A DNA stretch of 26,875 nucleotides from a virus: IMG/VR virus record IMGVR_UViG_3300050821_002228. One strand, given 5' to 3'. The notes beneath the pieces are model-generated. The model did not search any database. It had not been told where the DNA came from and saw only the letters and a list, made by a program, of their open reading frames with translations. The stretch's first letter is position 1, and every line of letters starts with the position of its first letter. Below are positions 23,152 through 26,875 of this stretch, one piece after another. The position numbers and the translations under genes are program-made.

Positions 23152-23182
23152 ATCGTATGGCACGAACCTAAACGCTGTCTAC
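23152..23182 (-). promoter_or_regulatory. promoter TAGACA-N18-TACGAT with palindromic box
   Basis: Box CTAAACGCTGTCTAC at 23168-23182. Confidence 0.72.
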
Positions 23183-23275
23183 CTGCTTGCGAGGAGAAAC
23201 CCAAGATTCTTTACCGAGACCACGAAGCCCCTGGTCTAGACTGTGCCCACCTAGAAAAACCACCCGGAGGGGCCC

Positions 23276-24652
23276 GTGGAACTGGACCAGATCAAGATCG
23301 TCCCCGTGGAATCGATTACCCCCCACCCCGACAACCCCCGACGCGGCAACACCGACGTCATCGCCTCATCCCTGAAGGCATTCGGCCAGTACAAACCCGT
23401 CGTGGTCCAGGCATCCACCGGCCACATCCTCGCCGGAAACCACACGTGGCAGGCACACAAGAGCAACGGCAACGACACCATTGCCGCCGTCATGCTCGAC
23501 GTAGACGACGTCACCGCCAAACAAATCCTCCTCGGCGACAACCGCACATCAGATCTGGGCGACTACGACAACGAGACCCTGCGCCTGGTCCTCGCCCAAC
23601 TCGCCGCCGACAACGTAGACCTGTCGATCATCGGCTACGACCCGCAAGACCTAGACGAGCTGTTGAAAGACCTGGAAGACGAACCCACCCCCGACGGCGA
23701 CGGCCCGGACGGCGACTACACCGGCAGCAAAGGCAGCCTGTCTAAGCGGTTCCTGATCCCGCCGTTCAGCGTCATCGACACCCGCACTGGCTGGTGGGGC
23801 GACCGGAAACGCGCATGGCTGGAACGGGGCATCGAACCCGAGGCCGGACGCGACGGCGGGTTAGCGTTCCACACCAACGAGGACTACTTCCGCAAGGTCA
23901 AGAACAACACGTCGTCGTTTGACCCGGTGTTGGCTGAGCTGGCGTACTCCTGGTTCACCCCACCCGGCGGCCGGGTACTGGACCCGTTCGCAGGCGGCCC
24001 GCCACGCGGCCTCGTCGCATCCCACCTCGGCCTGTTCTACTACGGCTGCGACCTGTCGGCACGGCAGGTCGAGGCCAACCGGATCGTCGGCGCCGACTAC
24101 ACCCGCCGATGGGGCGGTGTCGAACCAGACTGGACCCACGGCGATTCCCGAAAGTGGGTGTCCACGTTGGAGACGGGGTCGTTCGACATGATCCTCACCT
24201 GCCCCCCGTACTACGACCTCGAACGCTACAGCGACGACCCCGCCGACCTATCGGCCATGTCAACGGCCGGATTCGATGAGGCGTACGCCGAGATCATCGC
24301 CGGATGCGGCCGGGCACTGGCCAACGACCGGTTCGCCGTGTTCGTGGTGGGGTCTGCCCGCGACAGCAACGGCGAACTACGGGACCTGCGGGCCGCGACA
24401 CACCGTGCGGCCAACGCTGCCGGGCTGTGGCTGCATTCGGAGGCGGTTCTGCTGAACCACGTGGGGAACGCCGCTATGCGGGCCGCACACGGGTTCCCGC
24501 GTACCCGCGTGCTGACGCGGTGTCATCAGGAGGTGTTGGTGTTCGTGAAGGGCGACGCGTCCCGGGCGGCGTCCGGCTGTTCCCTGGTGGATGTCGAGGA
24601 CGCGTTGACGGACGCGAAGAAGGCACCGGCGGGCGAGGACGACGACGAGTAG
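23276..24652 (+). CDS. ParB-like nuclease domain fused to an amino-DNA methyltransferase
   Basis: HPDNPR...SLKAFGQYKPVVV...ILAGNH...DNR (ParB-N); VLDPFAGG (motif I) precedes TCPPY (motif IV). Confidence 0.9.
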   Translation: MELDQIKIVPVESITPHPDNPRRGNTDVIASSLKAFGQYKPVVVQASTGHILAGNHTWQAHKSNGNDTIAAVMLDVDDVTAKQILLGDNRTSDLGDYDNETLRLVLAQLAADNVDLSIIGYDPQDLDELLKDLEDEPTPDGDGPDGDYTGSKGSLSKRFLIPPFSVIDTRTGWWGDRKRAWLERGIEPEAGRDGGLAFHTNEDYFRKVKNNTSSFDPVLAELAYSWFTPPGGRVLDPFAGGPPRGLVASHLGLFYYGCDLSARQVEANRIVGADYTRRWGGVEPDWTHGDSRKWVSTLETGSFDMILTCPPYYDLERYSDDPADLSAMSTAGFDEAYAEIIAGCGRALANDRFAVFVVGSARDSNGELRDLRAATHRAANAAGLWLHSEAVLLNHVGNAAMRAAHGFPRTRVLTRCHQEVLVFVKGDASRAASGCSLVDVEDALTDAKKAPAGEDDDE

Positions 24653-24666
24653 CGGGTAACAGCAGT

Positions 24667-24697
24667 GCCCGCCCCGGTGGTCCGGACCAGGGCGGGC
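24667..24697. terminator. hairpin between convergent genes
   Basis: GCCCGCCC...GGGCGGGC enclosing TGGTCCGGACCA. Confidence 0.55.
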
Positions 24698-24771
24698 GGT
24701 GCACGGCTGCCCGGACGGGGGAGCCCTTAACCAGTGTGGTTGGGCAGCCGTGCACGTCTTCTAATGATCGG

Positions 24772-26307
24772 CTAGAACAGCTTCGCGCCGCGCGGGTCCC
24801 GCTTGTCGTACCGCAGCTCACCGCCGATGATCTTCATGCCGTCCTGCCACACCGGCCACACCGGCAGGTTGTCCGGTGCCGTGGACTGGTCCCGCTCCAG
24901 GCCGAGGTTCCAGTCGGCGTACCGACGCAGCGCGTGCACCAGGTGCACCAACCCCACCTGCTTGCCCTTCTCCTTCGCCGTCCCGCGCATGCAGTACCGC
25001 ATCAGGGACAGACGCGGGTCACGCGGGTTCAGCTCGGTGGACCCGCACACACCGTCGAAGAAGTCGGCGTTCGAACCGTGGGGGCCGCCGTCGGGGTTGT
25101 CGCGGTCGAGCAGGTACGCCAGCACCATCCCGGTCGTCCGGGTGACCTTGGCGCGGGAGTACAGGCGGGACGCGATCGGCCCGAACGAGGTGAGGTTGGC
25201 GTACCGGCCGGTCTCCGCGTCCGCCGCCTCCGTCAGCTCCGTGTTCGTCCACTGGACGTGGCGCCAGTGCAGCCAGTTGCGCTCGCCGATGTAGTTCCCG
25301 TGGTCGTCGCGCTGGAACGACTGGTCGAAGTTCATGGCCATCCGCAGCGCCGCCGACTCCATCGTTCCCCACCCGGCCAGACCGCCGACGGTCAGGGCGT
25401 CGGATGCGTTCCGGGCCTTGCCGGTGTCGAAGATGTGCGCCAGCGCCGACGGGAACCCGTAGGTGACGCGGAACGGCACACCGTGCGGGTAGTGGTGGGC
25501 GATGGCATCCTGGTTGCCTTCGACGCGGGCCCACACGCGGTGTTGCCCGTTGATGAGGCAGCCGGGCAGCGGGGCGGAGCAGGTGGCGAGTGTGGCCTCA
25601 CCGGTGCGCTTGATCGCGGCCTTACACGGGATGCACTCGCCGCACGCCTCCTCGTGTTCGTCGAACACCAGGGAGTCCGCCGGGTTGTTGCGCCACTCGC
25701 CCCGGTTCATGGCCTGCGCCAGCTTGCCCGCGTGCTTCTCGTACAGGTGCCGCTGGCGGCACTGTCCGCGACCGGCGATCTCGCACGCCATGTCGTACGT
25801 GAGGTACACCGTTTCCTGCCGGTAGTCGGACAGGTCGATGTCGTCTTCGGTCACCGGCGCGGACTTCGCGGCCAGTGATGCCGTGGACACGAACGGCGTG
25901 GTGATGGTGGACGGTGTCGGTGGGATGAAAACCAACCCCTTCGTGGTGTCGGCCTTCGCCGGTTCGGCGTCGGCGATTGTTGCTGTTTCCCGGGCGGCGT
26001 TTTCACGCTTAGCTCGGGCCAAGACCTGCTTGGTCTTGCGGTCGTTCGCCTCGCGGTCGGCGACGAGTGCGGCCACGGCCCGCTCGTCGCTGGCGACCTC
26101 GGCGGCGTCCTCGGTCCAGCCCAGTCGCTTGAGGTCCAAGCGGAGGTCGGTCAGGGGGCGACTGCCGCGCGGGGTGACGGATGCGGTGATGAATTCACCG
26201 TTCGGCGCGGTGATTTTGTGGTGGTTGCGGCCGGTGAGGCCGGTGGTCCAACCGGGGGTTTTGCCCACCCGCGCGACGAGATCGGCGATTTCCTGTTTAG
26301 CGGACAC
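24772..26307 (-). CDS. HicA-like N-terminal domain fused to a ParB/Srx-like domain protein
   Basis: AGGAGG RBS plus GTG. GWT..TGRNHHKITAPNG..IT..TP..R..LRLDLKRLGW (HicA-like), then QRHL..LAQAM.RGEW..LVFD..LINGQHR..FDTGKARN (ParB-like). Confidence 0.75.
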   Translation of the reverse strand: MSAKQEIADLVARVGKTPGWTTGLTGRNHHKITAPNGEFITASVTPRGSRPLTDLRLDLKRLGWTEDAAEVASDERAVAALVADREANDRKTKQVLARAKRENAARETATIADAEPAKADTTKGLVFIPPTPSTITTPFVSTASLAAKSAPVTEDDIDLSDYRQETVYLTYDMACEIAGRGQCRQRHLYEKHAGKLAQAMNRGEWRNNPADSLVFDEHEEACGECIPCKAAIKRTGEATLATCSAPLPGCLINGQHRVWARVEGNQDAIAHHYPHGVPFRVTYGFPSALAHIFDTGKARNASDALTVGGLAGWGTMESAALRMAMNFDQSFQRDDHGNYIGERNWLHWRHVQWTNTELTEAADAETGRYANLTSFGPIASRLYSRAKVTRTTGMVLAYLLDRDNPDGGPHGSNADFFDGVCGSTELNPRDPRLSLMRYCMRGTAKEKGKQVGLVHLVHALRRYADWNLGLERDQSTAPDNLPVWPVWQDGMKIIGGELRYDKRDPRGAKLF

Positions 26308-26385
26308 ACATCCTCCTGTGTTTTCGCTGGTCCGGCGGGGGGATCCGCCGGTTTTTCGTCCCCTGATCGGGACGCCATGCGTTGC

Positions 26386-26415
26386 ATCGTACACGAATCC
26401 ATGAACGCCGTATAC
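26386..26415 (-). promoter_or_regulatory. promoter TATACG-N17-TACGAT with palindromic box
   Basis: Box ATGAACGCCGTATAC at 26401-26415. Confidence 0.65.
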
Positions 26416-26427
26416 CCCCTACCGGGG

Positions 26428-26456
26428 TTTGTATCGCGCTACACGTCCGGTACTAT
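26428..26456 (+). promoter_or_regulatory. divergent promoter TTTGTA-N17-TACTAT
   Basis: Followed after 7 nt by ATG and a leader hairpin. Confidence 0.45.
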
Positions 26457-26537
26457 ACGCAGCATGGGTTGGTGCGCCAGACACAACGAGCTGCCGCACC
26501 AACCCCGTCCAGAACTGCATGAACCGGAGGCCATGCG

Positions 26538-26875
26538 TTGAACGACACCAAAGTGTTCACAATGGGCGACTGGGAGGAACCACCCCCACCCACCCCACCG
26601 AAACACCGGACATGGATGATCGGCGCAACCGCCGCCATGCTCACATCCGCCGGTGTCCTCGGCGTCATACTCACCACCCACCCCCACCAAAACACCGCAA
26701 CCCCCCCGGCCACGAGCACCACCCCCACGACGGCACCAACAACCCCAACCATCGTGATCACGAAAAAAGTGGTCCAGTACGTCACCATCCCATCAACACC
26801 CCCGTCCACCACACCCACCCACCAGTACACCCACCCCGCACCGGCCCCCACCAGCACCTACACCCCGGTTCGACC
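26538..26875 (+). CDS. single-TM Pro/Thr-rich membrane protein (runs off the right edge)
   Basis: CCGGAGG RBS plus TTG; hand translation MNDTKVFTMGDWEEPPPP...WMIGATAAMLTSAGVLGVILTT...TPPATSTTPTT, open to the edge. Confidence 0.7.
   Translation, partial: MNDTKVFTMGDWEEPPPPTPPKHRTWMIGATAAMLTSAGVLGVILTTHPHQNTATPPATSTTPTTAPTTPTIVITKKVVQYVTIPSTPPSTTPTHQYTHPAPAPTSTYTPVR

Noticed and set aside
24304-25878. Long antisense or alternate-frame ORFs (also 1430-2404, 5028-6110, 18330-19217, 19019-19819, 21175-21954)
   Set aside because: Typical high-GC shadow ORFs opposite or overlapping better-supported genes; no RBS and biased composition.
26326-26375. Hammerhead ribozyme (GTCCC..GGGAC-GAAA on the minus strand)
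   Set aside because: The required CUGANGA core is absent.
26575-26875. C/A-rich low-complexity tract as a DNA repeat or telomere-like element
   Set aside because: Explained by Pro/Thr codons (CCN/ACN) of the membrane protein starting at 26538.

Overview
High-GC actinobacteriophage (or prophage) DNA from a non-structural part of the genome. I see no capsid, tail, terminase or integrase genes. About 50 tightly packed, mostly small CDSs lie in alternating blocks. A leftward recombination block (RecT-like annealing protein, MazG-like pyrophosphatase, free-standing HNH, Cas4-like exonuclease) is followed by a rightward replication block (VRR-NUC, HTH replication initiator, HNH, Lsr2). Next come a long leftward run of small accessory genes, an AlpA-like HTH, DUF932, a wHTH protein, a ParB-DNA methyltransferase fusion and a HicA-like/ParB-like fusion. 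The most striking structure is at 15.7-17.9 kb, where four tRNA or tRNA-like genes are individually intercalated between protein genes. Each sits in the same cassette: TAG stop, GC hairpin, 3-4 nt, tRNA, usually a second hairpin, then an RBS. Only tRNA-Leu(UAA) is canonical; the other three keep acceptor, D and T arms but have damaged or vestigial anticodon arms, which suggests RNA-processing punctuation or decoy roles. A 15-bp palindromic box (STNNAC-N3-GTNNAS) sits 9-10 nt upstream of a TACGAT -10 element at eight promoters and defines a phage-wide regulon. All family calls are by-eye motif recognition, not database hits.
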